DNA of 64,000 nt from Macrostomum lignano. Its lineage: Eukaryota. The notes beneath the pieces were generated by a model that ran no database searches, was not told where the DNA came from, and saw nothing but the letters and a program-made list of their open reading frames with translations. The translations under genes and the position numbers were made by a program. The stretch is taken from assembly GCA_002269645.1 (NCBI GenBank), contig NIVC01000460.1, positions 1-64,000 on the forward strand. Reading direction: 5' to 3'. Shown piece after piece: positions 35,820 through 48,700 of this stretch (the stretch's first letter is position 1; every line of letters starts with the position of its first letter).

Positions 35820-37220
35820 CTAGACCTCATCCGACAGCAGCCGCTGCGTGTGCTCCGCCTGCTGCTCGACTGGCGTTGGAGTGGGCGAGCGGACCAAGAT
35901 TAGCGGATTTGCGTTGTTTTGATTGGTCAGCGCTGAGTCGCCTGCAGCCGCCTGTGCCGCTCCTTGATTGGCCATGGGAATCTCCTGTACATCGTTACGC
36001 GACTGGTTTGCCCCGAGTCGCCTCGAGTGCTTGCACAGGGTTCCTCCGTCGTTGGGCCTTTTCAGCGCGACAGCTCTTCTGTAGAGGCAGCAGCCAGTTG
36101 CCAGCCAGGCGATGTACAGCAGCAGCAGCAGGCAACCGGATGCGGCCAATGCGTACTTCAGCCAGGGATAGGGCTCGCTGGGACTGGGCTCGCTATAGAT
36201 GTAAGCGAATGACAGCAGGATCACGGCCACGGCGCCTGGGAGCAGGGTTAGAGCGCACAGCAGGTCAGCTACGATTCGATAGCGCAGGCCTTGGTTAGTC
36301 TCTATGCGCCAGCAGCAGGTGCCCTGAAAGGTGAGAGCGTGCGTGAGGGTAGAGCAGAGTGGCAGAGAGTAAGATAGAAGGTAGAGGAGATGAGCAGAGC
36401 AGAGATTACTGTAGAATAACGAGCTCATAGAGCAGAGTAGCTGGCAAGGGAGGAGAGGAGAAGAAAGGAGAGGAGAGGAAAGGAGAGGAGAGGAGAAGAG
36501 AAGAGAGGAAAAGGGAGAAAAGGAAAAGAGGAGAGGAGAGGAGAAATGAGAGGAGAAGAAAGGAGAGGAGAGAGTAGAGAAGAGGAGAGGAGAGGAGAGG
36601 AGAGGCGAAGAGAGGAGAGGAGAGGAGAGGAGAGGCGAAGAGAGGAGAGAAGAGGAGATGAGAGGAGAGAGGAAAGGGGAGAGGAGAGGGGACCAAAGGG
36701 GAGAGGAGAAGAGAGGAAAGGAAAGGAAAGGAAAGGAGGCGAGAGGAGAGGAGAGAGGAGAGAAGAGGAGAGGAAACGAAAGGAAAAGAAGAGGAGAATA
36801 GAGGAATAGAGAAAAGGAAAGGAAAGGAGGCGAGGAGAAATAAGAAGCGAGGAGAGAGGAGATGAGAGGAGAGAAGAGAAGAGAGGAAAGGAAAGGAAAG
36901 GGAGGAGAGGAGAAATAATAGGAGAGGAGATGAGAAGAGAAGAGAGGAGAGGAATGGAAAGGAGCGGAGAGGAGAGGAAAGAAGAGAGGAGAAGGAGAGG
37001 AGAGCTAGATGAGAAGACTCACCTGGTTTTCCAAGCGCTCCTGTCTCCTAGTCTCCCTTAGCTGTTTCTGAGTCAACCTTTGCTGATCCACATTCGGCAG
37101 CTGGGGCGACTGGATGAAGCTAAGGCCGGTGACGGAATTGCGCATGCCAGCCCGGACAGTCACGGTCAGGTCATTGTTGTTGCAGCGCTGCTGAGTCACG
37201 TTCAGATTAGCGACCGACAT
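35820..37220 (-). CDS. Two-TM membrane protein resembling the TM half of MARCH2/3 E3 ligases, no RING-CH seen (about 233 aa)
   Basis: Exons 37220-37023 and 36323-35820 (CAG|GTGAGT donor, TTTCAG acceptor, phase 0). RYRIVADLLCALTLLPGA...LLLLYIAWLATGCCLYRR resembles MARCH2/3 TM1-TM2. Confidence 0.6.
36420..37006. repeat. AG-rich low-complexity repeat (GGAGA/GAGAG)
   Basis: Fills the intron of the 35820-37220 gene. Confidence 0.92.
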
Positions 37221-38079
37221 GACAGCAGTATTAGATATCAGCTAGTTCAACAATAATAGAGTCAGAACACATCAGAGGCCATCCACACAGTCAATATATA
37301 GATAAATGACGAATGAACACTGTGTTTTTATGGGTTTGATCTTAGATAAGCCTTAGACAACTACAGACAGTTTCTGTCAATGTACATGTATGCGCACTTA
37401 GCGAGACGAAAATCTCGCCCCCCACCCCCGCGACTGTACATACGTGCTTGGGGGTTTAGATTTAGAAAAGTGGTTGGGCTGCAGCCAATCAGCAGTAATT
37501 GTTGCTGATACATGGGGTGCATTGGCTCAGAACAGCAACTCATTGGATTCAGCTAGAAAGACTCGTAATTAAACACTACTAACGTGTAGTAGTGTAAATA
37601 GTGTTTTTAGTAACAAAAAATTCAAAATTACATTTTTCTTGCATCCAATTAATAATACCTGCTGTCAATTTTATCAGCAACTTTTATTTGCTTACTTCCC
37701 AGAAATGTGATAATTAGTTATTAGCAGGATTCAAAGTTGATAATTATTGCCTTTTAGAGAACAAAGTTAAGACGCAGAGACGAGAGCGCTACAATATTTT
37801 ACTTAAATTATTAAGAGTAGGACAAACAAATCACACAAACGTCTTTAGCGAAAACGACTGTTAACTGAGGGTATCAACTAACTAATAGCAGACAGTAATT
37901 TAACATTTCTTATCTTTGAAAATTTTCTAATTGCAATTCGCAAAACAAAATACCAGCGCCTTGCAGAGAAGCAGAGAAAACATTGGGACACAGACTTCTG
38001 TGCGCAAGAAGGAGCTGATGAAGCTAATTGGAGAAATAGGCGATAAGAGAGCAGAGTTGATTGCAAACTTGTATTGGGA

Positions 38080-39035
38080 TCAACTGGATATTGGGGAGAA
38101 TGGGATCGGACTGGATATTGGGGAGAATGGGATCGGACTGGATATAGGGAAGAATGGGATCAGACTGGATATTGGGGAGAATGGACTGGATATTGGGGAG
38201 AATGGGATCGGACTGGATATTGGGGTGAATGGGATCGGACTGGATATTGGGGTGAATGGGATCGGACTGGATATTGGGGAGAATGGGATCAGACTGGATA
38301 TTGGGGAGAATGGGATCAGACTGGGTATTGGGGAGAATGGGATCAGACTGGATATTGGGGAGAATGGGATCGGACTGGATATTGGGGAGAATGGGATCAG
38401 ACTGGGTATTGGGGAGAATGGGATCAGACTGGATATTGGGGAGAATGGGATCAGACTGGATATTGGGGAGAATGGGATCAGACTGGATATTGGGGAGAAT
38501 GGGATCGCACTGGATATTGGGGAGAATGGGATCGGACTGGATATTGGGGAGAATGGGATCGCACTGGATATTGGGGAGAATGGGATCAGACTGGATATTG
38601 GGGAGAATGGGATCAGACTGGATATTGGGGAGAATGGGATCAGACTGGATATTGGGGAGAATGGGATCAGACTGGATATTGGGGAGAATGGGATCGGACT
38701 GGATATTGGGGAGAATGGGATCAGACTGGATATTGGGGAGAATGGGATCAGACTGGATATTGGGGAGAATGGGATCAGACTGGATATTGGGGAGAATGGG
38801 ATCGCACTGGATATTGGGGAGAATGGGATCGGACTGGATATTGGGGAGAATGGGATCAAACTGGATATTGGGGAGAATGGGATCAGACTGGATATTGGGG
38901 AGAATGGGATCGCACTGGATATTGGGGAGAATGGGATCGGACTGGATATTGGGGAGAATGGGATCGGACTGGATATTGGGGAGAATGGGATCAAACTGGA
39001 TATTGGGGAGAATGGGATCAAACTGGATATGGGGA
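38080..39035. repeat. 27-bp minisatellite GACTGGATATTGGGGAGAATGGGATCA
   Basis: About 35 units; unit is a multiple of 3 without stops, hence long spurious ORFs. Confidence 0.95.
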
Positions 39036-39767
39036 AAGTGGGATCAAGACAGGACCAGGACAAAGTAAGATGAAGGAGCTCAAAGAGAGCAGCTGGGCCA
39101 ATCAAAGCATAGAAGATGGGCGCAATAGCAAAATGCAGGCAAAAAATCCAGATAAAGACAGACAGACCAGACAGACGGAGGAATTTCATAGGTGCGCAGG
39201 ATATTCAACTAGCAGGCAAAACAAGATTAAACACAATTAACAAGTTTTTTGACAAGTCGAATCGGGAAAAAAACCACTGAGAAAAAAACATTGTTGCTAC
39301 TGCTGCTAGTAGTAGCAACAGTTTATTTTGTTTGATTTTTTTTAAACCAGACAATCACAAACACAGCGGCAGGTGTAAAATTCGGAATGAGAACCGAAAT
39401 TATCGGAGCGACACTGCATTATACATTAATTATAGTAGTACGGACTTGGCACTGAACCGTCTACTGGCAGTAGTGCAACCGAGTTTTATTTTATTTTCTA
39501 ATTGAAAGATCGGAACTGAACTGCAGCTTACTACTCATAGTAGGCTTCAGTTGAAATTCTGGAGTAACTGGATAATACAGACAGACATTTTTTAGTCGTA
39601 TTTTTAATAGTAGATAAAATTTTAAGATCAGAGGAACAACCAGAGCTAAAAGTCAATGCAGGCGTTACATAGGAGCAACAAACGAAACGCGATTTAAATT
39701 AATATTACTCATGTTTTCAAGTAGCATTTTACGCTCGCAGCTTCTAAATAAGGTAGGGTGATCTTGC

Positions 39768-42700
39768 TCACAGCTCATCGTCTGGGTCGTGGCTGCCGCG
39801 GGACGAGCGCCGGTCCTCGCCGTCGTCGCGGTGGTCGCGCTCGTCGTCACGACCCCGACTTTGAGACGACGACTCGTCTCGGGAGCTGCCCGAGTTCGAA
39901 TCGATGTCGCCAGACTCCACCTCATCAGCTGAGGGCTGCTGCTGCGGCGGCGGTGGCGGCGGCGGCGGAATTGTCGGCGGCGGAGTGGCGCCTTCGTCCT
40001 GCGGCTTTTGCTCCTCAGCACTGCCGGGTGGCTTCTGCTGCTCAGAAGAGGACGAAGTCGAATCTGAATCGGGCTTCTTGGGGTCGGAATCTGGAAGCGA
40101 GTTGATGAGGAAAATTATGAATTGGTAAGCGGGCGTCTGACAAATTGGATTATGAGATTGAAAGATGGAATAGAAAATATATAATAACATATAATTAAAT
40201 ATTTTAGGGATCTGAGGGATGGGGGAAACTGAAGGATCGGGGGAAACTGAAGGATCGAGGGGAACTGAAGGGAGGGGAACTGAAGGATCGGGGGGAACTG
40301 AAGGATCGGGGAGAACTGAAGGATCGGGGAGAACTGAAGGATCGGGGGAACTGAAGGATCGGGGGAACTGAAGGATCGGGGGGAACTGAAGGATCGGGGG
40401 AACTGAAGGATCGGGGGAACTGAAGGATCGGGGGAAACTGAAGGATCGGGGGGAACTGAAGGATCGGGGAGAACTGATGGGAGGGAACTGAAGGATCGGG
40501 GGGAACTGAAGGATCGGGGGGAACTGAAGGATCGGGGGGAACTGAAGGATCGGGGGGAACTGAAGGATCGGGGGGAACTGAAGGATCGGGGGGAACTGAA
40601 GGATCGGGGGGAACTGATGGGAGGGGAACTGAAGGATCGGGGGGAACTGAAGGATCGGGGGGAACTGAAGGATCGGGGGGAACTGAAGGATCGGGGGGAA
40701 CTGAAGGATCGGGGGGAACTGAAGGATCGGGGGAACTGAATGATCGGGGGAACTGATGGGAGGGGAACTGAAGGATCGGGGGAACTGAAGGATCGGGGGG
40801 AACTGAAGGATCGGGGGGAACTGAAGGATCGGGGGAACTGAAGGATCGGGGGGAACTGAAGGATCGGGGGAACTGAAGGATCGGGGGAACTGAAGGATCG
40901 GGGGGAACTGAAGGATCGGGGAGAACTGATGGGAGGGGAACTGAAGGATCGGGGGAACTGAAGGATCGGGGGGAACTGAATGATCGGGGGGAACTGAAGG
41001 ATCGGGGGGAACTGAAGGATCGGGGGAACTGAAGGATCGGGGGGAACTGAAAGATCGGGGGGAACTGAAGGATCGGGGGAACTGATGGAAGGGAACTGAA
41101 GGATCGGGGGGAACTGATGGAAGGGGAACTGAAGGATCGGGGGGAACTGATGGAAGGGAACTGAAGGATCGGGGGGAACTAATAGAAGGGAACTGAAGGA
41201 TCGGAGGGAACTGATGGAAGGGAACTGAAAGATCGGGGGGAACTGATGGAAGGGAACTGAAGGATCGGGTGGAACTGATGGAAGGGAACTGAAGGATCGG
41301 GGGGAACTAATAGAAGGGAACTGAAGGATCGGGGGGAACTGATGGAAGGGAACTGAAGGATCGGGGGGAACTGATGGAAGGGGAACTGAAGGATCGGGGG
41401 GAACTGATGGAAGGGAACTGAAGGATCGGGGGAACTGAAGGATCGGGGGAACTGATGGAAGGGGAACTGAAGGATCGGGGGGAACTAATAGAAGGGAACT
41501 GAAGGATCGGGGGGAACTGATGGAAGGGGAACTGAAGGATCGGGGGGAACTGATGGAAGGGAACTGAAGGATCGGGGGGAACTGAAGGATCGGGGGGAAC
41601 TGATGGAAGGGGAACTGAAGGATCGGGGGGAACTGATGGAAGGGGAACTGAAGGATCGGGGGGAACTAATAGAAGGGAACTGAAGGATCGGGGGGAACTG
41701 ATGGAAGGGGAACTGAAGGATCGGGGGGAACTGATGGAAGGGAACTGAAGGATCGGGGGGAACTAATAGAAGGGAACTGAAGGATCGGGGAAACTGATGG
41801 GAAGGGAACTGAAGGATCGGGGAAACTGATGGGAGGGGAACTGAAGGATCGGGGGATTACTAAAAAAATGATATTACAATCGCCACAAAAATGAAGAAAA
41901 TTAATGGAAACGGTCAAAATGTTACATAATAAAGGAATAAAACCTTGGACGCGAGAAACGATCTGCATATCGCCAAATAATAACAGCTGAATCCGAAAAT
42001 AGAAGCAAAAAAGAGAAAAACGGAGAAAAAATGGATCAGGGTAAAAAAGCAACCAGAAGAAGCAGTTCTCGTGCCGGACAGCTCCCGCATGATGGCCGCC
42101 CTCAGCATCATCTCGCGCAGTCGGCGCCGATCCCTTCGACCCAATCGGTAGCTGCCGTCGGCGCCAGGTCGAATAAATCGGCCTCTGCGTCGCTTAGCCT
42201 TAGCCTCGGCTTTAGCCCTAGCCTTAGCCTGTTCGGCTTTAGCCTGGGCCTTAGCCTTAGCCTTAACTTTAGCCTTAGCCTTAGCTTCCTTTTCGGCTTT
42301 CAGCTTAGCCGCGGCGGCTTCTTGTCGTTTCTTTTCTAACTCGGCCACCCGGACCAGCTTGTCCCTTAGCAACTGGCCAAGGCGGGCTCGAAGGCCTTCG
42401 CCGCGTTGAATAATTTCGGCAGACGTCACGGTTGGCGGCAGGTGGCAGCCCGACCGGTTAATCGACCGTTCGGCCTCGCTTTGCCAAAGCTTTGAGTTGA
42501 TTATTATTGAGTAGCAATTGTTGAGGACGCGCGAGTGAGTGCGGACTGTTGCCTGAGGCTGCGCTGGCTACGCAGAGCCTCTGGGCATAGGCTGGGATAA
42601 AGACTACCTAGTCATACGCTCATACGATGACCCGTCATAAACCGAGGATTGATGGTTAGAATGAATTGAGTCATGACGGCTTACAGATGGTCAAGGTGGA

Positions 42701-45700
42701 TGAAAATAGGTCATGAAAATTAGAAATGGCTCATAAAGGATGCAATATTGAGTCAGGAAAGGTTATAGATAGAGGCTGTTATAGGTCAGATAGGGGTCAT
42801 AATAGATCAGATAAGGGTCATGATAGGTCAGATAGGGGTCATGATAGGTCAGATAGGGGTCATGATAGATCAGATAAAGGTCATGATAGGTCAGATAAGG
42901 GTCATGATAGGTCAGATAAGGGTCATGATAAGTCAGATAGGGGTCATGATAGGTCAGATAGGGGTCATGATAGGTCAGATAAGGGTCATGATAGGTCAGA
43001 TAAGGGTCATGATAAGTCAGATAAGGGTCATGATAAGTCAGATAGGGGTCATGATAGGTCAGATAAGGGTCATGATAGGTCAGATAAGGGTCATGATAGG
43101 TCAGATAGGGGTCATGATAGGTCAGATAAGGGTCATGATAGGTCAGATAGGGGTCATGATGGGTCAGATAAGGGTCATGATAGGTCAGATAAGGGTCATG
43201 ATAGGTCAGATAGGGGTCATGATAGGTCAGATAAGGGTCATGATAGGTCAGATAGGGGTCATGATAGGTCAGATAAGGGTCATGATAGGTCAGATAGGGG
43301 TCATGATAGGTCAGATAGGGGCCATGATAGGTCAGATAAGAGTCATGATAGGTCAGATAGGGGTCACGACAGAGAGGTCAGCTTGAGTCATAAAACAGGT
43401 GAGAGCAGGTTATGACGGGTCATATCGGGCTATGATAGGTCACAGTGGGTCATGACAGAGCATTTCGTATTCATTTGAGTAATACGTAAGTTATTTAAAT
43501 AGAGTCCTAGTTGATCACAAGCCAAAAATTTATCACGGTTGACACAGAAAAAAGGGTTAAATAAGAACAAAATTGGGCCGAAAAAATGCCGTGTAAAAAT
43601 GAAAAACCAAAAAACGAATTGAGGCAAAAAAGCAGAGGAAAGGTTCAACTCTCGACAAAATTTAGCGGACTGGCAACGACAAAGACCTATTGGACCGAAT
43701 GACTCACCCTGCTTAGGCTGCTCAGTTGGTTTCGGAGTTGGCGGCACATAGTACTTGATTTTGCCTAGCAGATAGCTGATCTCCCTCTCCAGGGCTGACA
43801 TCTTCAGCCTGATGTCTTCAACCCGAACCAGCGGCTCCTTGGTGAGGTCCTGGCCGTCCACCTCCAACTGTCTGGCCTTCTGCCAGTCCTTTTGTATAGT
43901 AGCAAAATTAGAATAAAATAATAAGTAAAGCTCCCACCAGTAATAAAGCACTACTATGAGTAGGAGTCAACTGACTCGGCACTCTTTAAAAAATGTGGGA
44001 GACTGACTGCCTGCCTGCCTGACTGCCTGCCTACCTGACTGCCTGACTGACTGCCTGCCTGACTGCCTGACTGCCTGACTGCCTGACTGACTGCCTGACT
44101 GACTGACTGACTGACTGACTGACTGCCTGACTGCCTGACTGACTGCCTGACTGACTGCCTGACTGACTGCCTGACTGACTGACTGACTGACTGACTGACT
44201 GACTGACTGACTGACTGACTGACTGACTGACTGACTGACTGACTGACTGACTGACTGACTGACTGACTGACTGACTGACTGACTGACTGACTGACTGACT
44301 GACTGACTGACTGACTGACTGACTGACTGACTGACTGACTGACTGACTGACTGACTGACTGACTGACTGTTAAGCAATGTACTCCGAATCCAGCTTATAG
44401 ACGTCTTTGTCACCAAAAATGAAATTGAGTAGAGAATTACTGTAATTATTATGAATAAAGAAGAGGAAAGCTTGAAAAAAGACATTAATAGAGGCGTTCA
44501 CCTCAGTGTCATTGATCAGATTTCCCAGCGTGTTGTACTCAGCCTGCGTGAACACGTTGCCATCCCCTGTCATGTTCTGCATGGTGTCCCAGAAAGTTCG
44601 AGTATGATTCAGCATATCCTTCAGCAGTTTAAAAGCTTTCGGTCGTTCGAGCATTTCTCGAACACGAAGCGTCAGATCGCCTAGCATGGCTTTTAGTTCG
44701 GCGGTTTTGGCCGCGAATTGCTCCTGCGTTGTGTCCATGCCCTGCTCGTCGTACCAGTCCTGGCAGTAGGGTGTAAATAAGGTCAAAGGTCATTTTGGGT
44801 CACTTGGGGTCAAGGGAGAGATAAATATGGGTCAAACTGGATCATAAAGTGTCTGGGTCAAAAAGACTCTTGGCCATAAAGGGGCCGACTAGGTCATAAT
44901 GGGTCTGGGTCATAAAGACTCTGGGTCATAAGGTGTCATTGTCATAAAGTGTCTGGGTCAAAAAAAGACTCTTGGCCATAAAGGGGCCGACTGGGTTATA
45001 ATGGGTCTGGGTCATAAAGACTCTGAGTCATAAGGTGTCAGTGTCATAAAGTGTCTTGGTCATAAAGGGTTCAACTAGGTCATAATGGTTCAAACTGGGT
45101 CATAAAGGGCCAAACTGGGTCATAAAGGGTCAAAATGGGTCATAAAGGGTCAAACTGGGTCATAATGGGTCAAATTGGGTCATAAAGGGGGTCATAATGG
45201 GTCAAACTGGGTCATAAAGGGCGAAACTGGGTCATAAAGGGTCAGACTGGGTCATAATGGGTTATAAAGGGCCCAACTGGGTCATAATGGGTCAAACTGG
45301 GTCATAAAGGGCCAAACTGGGTCATAATGGGTCAAACTGAGTCAAAATGGGTGAGAGTAGGTCAAACTGAGTCAAAATGGGTGAGAGTAGGTCAAACTGG
45401 GTCATAATGGGTCAAATGGAATCCAACTGGCTAAAAATGGGTCAAACTGGGTCATAATGCGATATTTTTATGATGCACAGGCCATAATAGGTCATTTGAT
45501 GATAAACAGGTTGTTACGAAGGATTGAGTCAATTTTAATTTCAGAAGATCATAGCTGGTAACACAAACAGTTGCGAGGAGCGCACCTGAGCAGCGGACAG
45601 CTTTTCCATATAGCCTTGACGTTCGGACTCAGTTGAGCACTTCTCATAGTCAGCCGAGCTCAGCCGATCCTTGGACTCGAAGATGAAAGCCTCTAATTCG

Positions 45701-48700
45701 TTGCGAGCCTTCTCCAATTGGCGTTTGGCCTCTTCGCGTTTGCGCAGCTCTTGAATTCTGTGACGCGTGTTGAATTGATGACGGGTGGCATTACTTGACT
45801 ATGGTAAACGGCTCTGGTCCTGAGTTCGATTCCATCAGGTAATAATAATTGATTACACCTGTCCTAATGGCCAGGTGTGCAACCGACAGCTCAGACGCAG
45901 CTGTTGCGCGGAGCATCTGAAGGCTGCGTACGGCTGTTCAGTCCAAGGACTGGGGGGGGGGGGTCGCCACACACCCTCAATTACACCAGCTAATGCTGGC
46001 ACCCATTTTACAGTTGGGTGAACTGAAGCCATGCGGACTTGCTCAGACACAAATTGTTCCAGTGGGTTCGGGAATCGAACCCCCGACCTTCAAGTCAGGT
46101 AAAAACATTTTAGGGATACACAAGTTGGAATTAGATATTTTAGCGATGATAATTTTACAGAGGTCCTGAGTTCGAATCTCCAGCTTGAAAATTCGAAACA
46201 TTCTGTCGTCAGTTTAGGGACTAAAATATTGGCGATTGAATACTAAGAGAAGGTCCTAGGCTCGAATCGGCATTAACTCACGTGCTTCGAGATTTCTGCT
46301 GACTAGCATCGGACGGATGCACCAGAGTTTTGTCAGCGACAACAAATTCAATGGATTCTCTGCGCAGCTCAGGCTTGGCGGGCGTGGCGGCGGATTCCGA
46401 CTTATTAGTATTATTATTACTCTGAGCGGCCTTGTCGCCGGAAGCTTTCGAAGCGTTGCCTGCCGCGGTCGAGTCGCCGGTTTTCTGCAAATTATTTAAA
46501 AATGAAAATTTTCCAAGATTTCTACAACGCAAATCTAGAACAGACCTCAGTGGCTCACCTCTCCCGGTTCAGCATTAGTCTTTGTCGAGTCTTTGTCAGC
46601 TGGTTTACTCGAAGAATCTTCCTTTGATTTCGCCTGCTGCTTGTCAGCGCCGCTGGCTTCATCGGCTTTCTGATAGAGAGAGGAGATTGGAGTGGGGATC
46701 GGGGATCAGGATATACGCACTGCTATACAAAGGATATCAGAAATAGACAACTTGCTCACCTTGTCCGCTTCGCTGGACCCGAAGAGGCTGCCAAGAGATT
46801 CGCCAATTTCTGCAGGCAATGTTATGAAGTATTTTCAGCTCTCACGTGTTTAATAAGGGGTAGGCATAGTGCGAAAGCGCTTATAGGGACATCATGGTGG
46901 CAGTCATAGAGACCAGATCATGTCAGCTAGGGGTCAATGTAAAGGGTCATTTGGTATGGGATTGGGGTCGTCTGGAAGGGGGTGAATTCTGGGATGAGTT
47001 GGATTCTGGAATGGGGCCATCTGGGATGGGGTCATATGGGATGGGATCAATTCTGGGATGGGATCAATTCTGGGATGGGGTCATCTGAAATGGGGTCATT
47101 TGGGATGGGATCAATTCTGGGATGGGGTCATATGGGATGGGATCAATTCTGGGATGGGGTCATATGGGATGGGATCAATTCTGGGATGGGGTCATCTGGG
47201 ATGGGGTCATATGGGATGGGATCAATTCTGGGATGGGGTCATCTGGAATTGGGTCATATGGGATGGGATCAATTCTGGGATGGGGTCATCTGGAATTGGG
47301 TCATATGGGATGGGATCAATTCTGGGATGGGGTCATCTGGGATGGGGTCATATGGGATGGGATCAATTCTGGGATGGGGTCATCTGGAATTGGGTCATAT
47401 GGGATGGGATCAATTTTGGGATGGGGTCATATGGGATGGGATCAATTCTGGGATGGGGTCATATGGGATGGGGTCATATGGGATGGGGTCATATGGGATG
47501 GGGTCATATGGGATGGGGTCATCCGAGATGCGGTCATCCAGGATGCGGTCATCCGGGATGGGGTCATCCGAAATGCGGTCATCCGGGATGCGGTCATCCG
47601 GGATGCGGTCATCCGGGATGCGGTCATCGGGGATGAGGTCATGGAGGGGGCATTATATCTTGCTTAAGACATGACGAAAACTATCATAGAGTAGTACAAG
47701 GACCCCAAAACTCACTGGCAAACGCGGATCCCTCCTCTTTTTTGGCTTCCCCATCCGAGCCGGCAGCCTGCGGCAGAATCTCAAACTGAGCCTCGGCCCG
47801 ATCCAGGTGCACAATGCCGTTATCGTCCATACGGAAGTGCGCCTTGACGCCTTTGCTAGAGGCGCCCGGTTGGCCATCGTATTTGCCAATAGCCTGGGCT
47901 ACGCCTTTCAGACTGAATTTGTATAGCAGCGGGTCGCCAAGGGCTCTGAAAATTAGCGGAGAGGTGATGAGGCCACAGGGGTGTATCTGACGGCACTATT
48001 CACAACTCCAACACCAAATTAAATCTACTACTTACTTTTGTTGAAACTCGTTCAAATGGTTGAGGCTAGTATAGCCTACAGAGAAGTCGAAATCCTGCGT
48101 GTGCTTATTGAAGGTCATGACCTTACGCTGGGGATAGTGGTTGCCAAGGTTAAATAGCAAGCGTTTGATCTCTTTGCCGTCCTCGGCGGTTTTGAAGTCC
48201 ACCTGAATTAGCATTGAGCAGTAAATGACGAATATAGTCTGGGGGTCTGCATTGGTGTCAGGGAGAGCCTGGATTGGTGTCAGGGAGAGCCTGGATTGGT
48301 GCCAGGGAGAGCCTGGAGTGGTGTCAGGGAGAGCCTGGATTGGTGTCAGGGAGAGCCTGGATTGGTGTCAGGGAGAGCCTGGATTGGTGTCAGGGAGAGC
48401 CTAGATTGGTGTCAGGGAGAGCCTGGATTGGTGTCAGGGACAGCCTGTATTGGTGTCAGGGAGATCCTGGATTGGTAACAGGGAGAGCCTGGATTGGTGT
48501 CAGGGACAGCCTGTATTGGTGTCAGGGAGAGCCTGGATTGGTGTCAGGGACAGCCTGTATTGGTGTCAGGGAGAGCCTGGATTGGTGTCAGGGAAAGCCT
48601 GGATTGGTGTCAGGGACAGCCTGGATTGGTGTCAGGGAGAGCCTGGATTGGTGTCAGGGAAAGCCTGGATTGGTGTCAGGGAGAGCCTGGATTGGTGTCA

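Noticed and set aside
37931-39240. ORFs of 270-388 aa with perfect 9-aa repeats (DIGENGIRL, GYWGEWD)
   Set aside because: 27-bp stop-free minisatellite read in multiple frames on both strands; no unique coding flanks or splice support.
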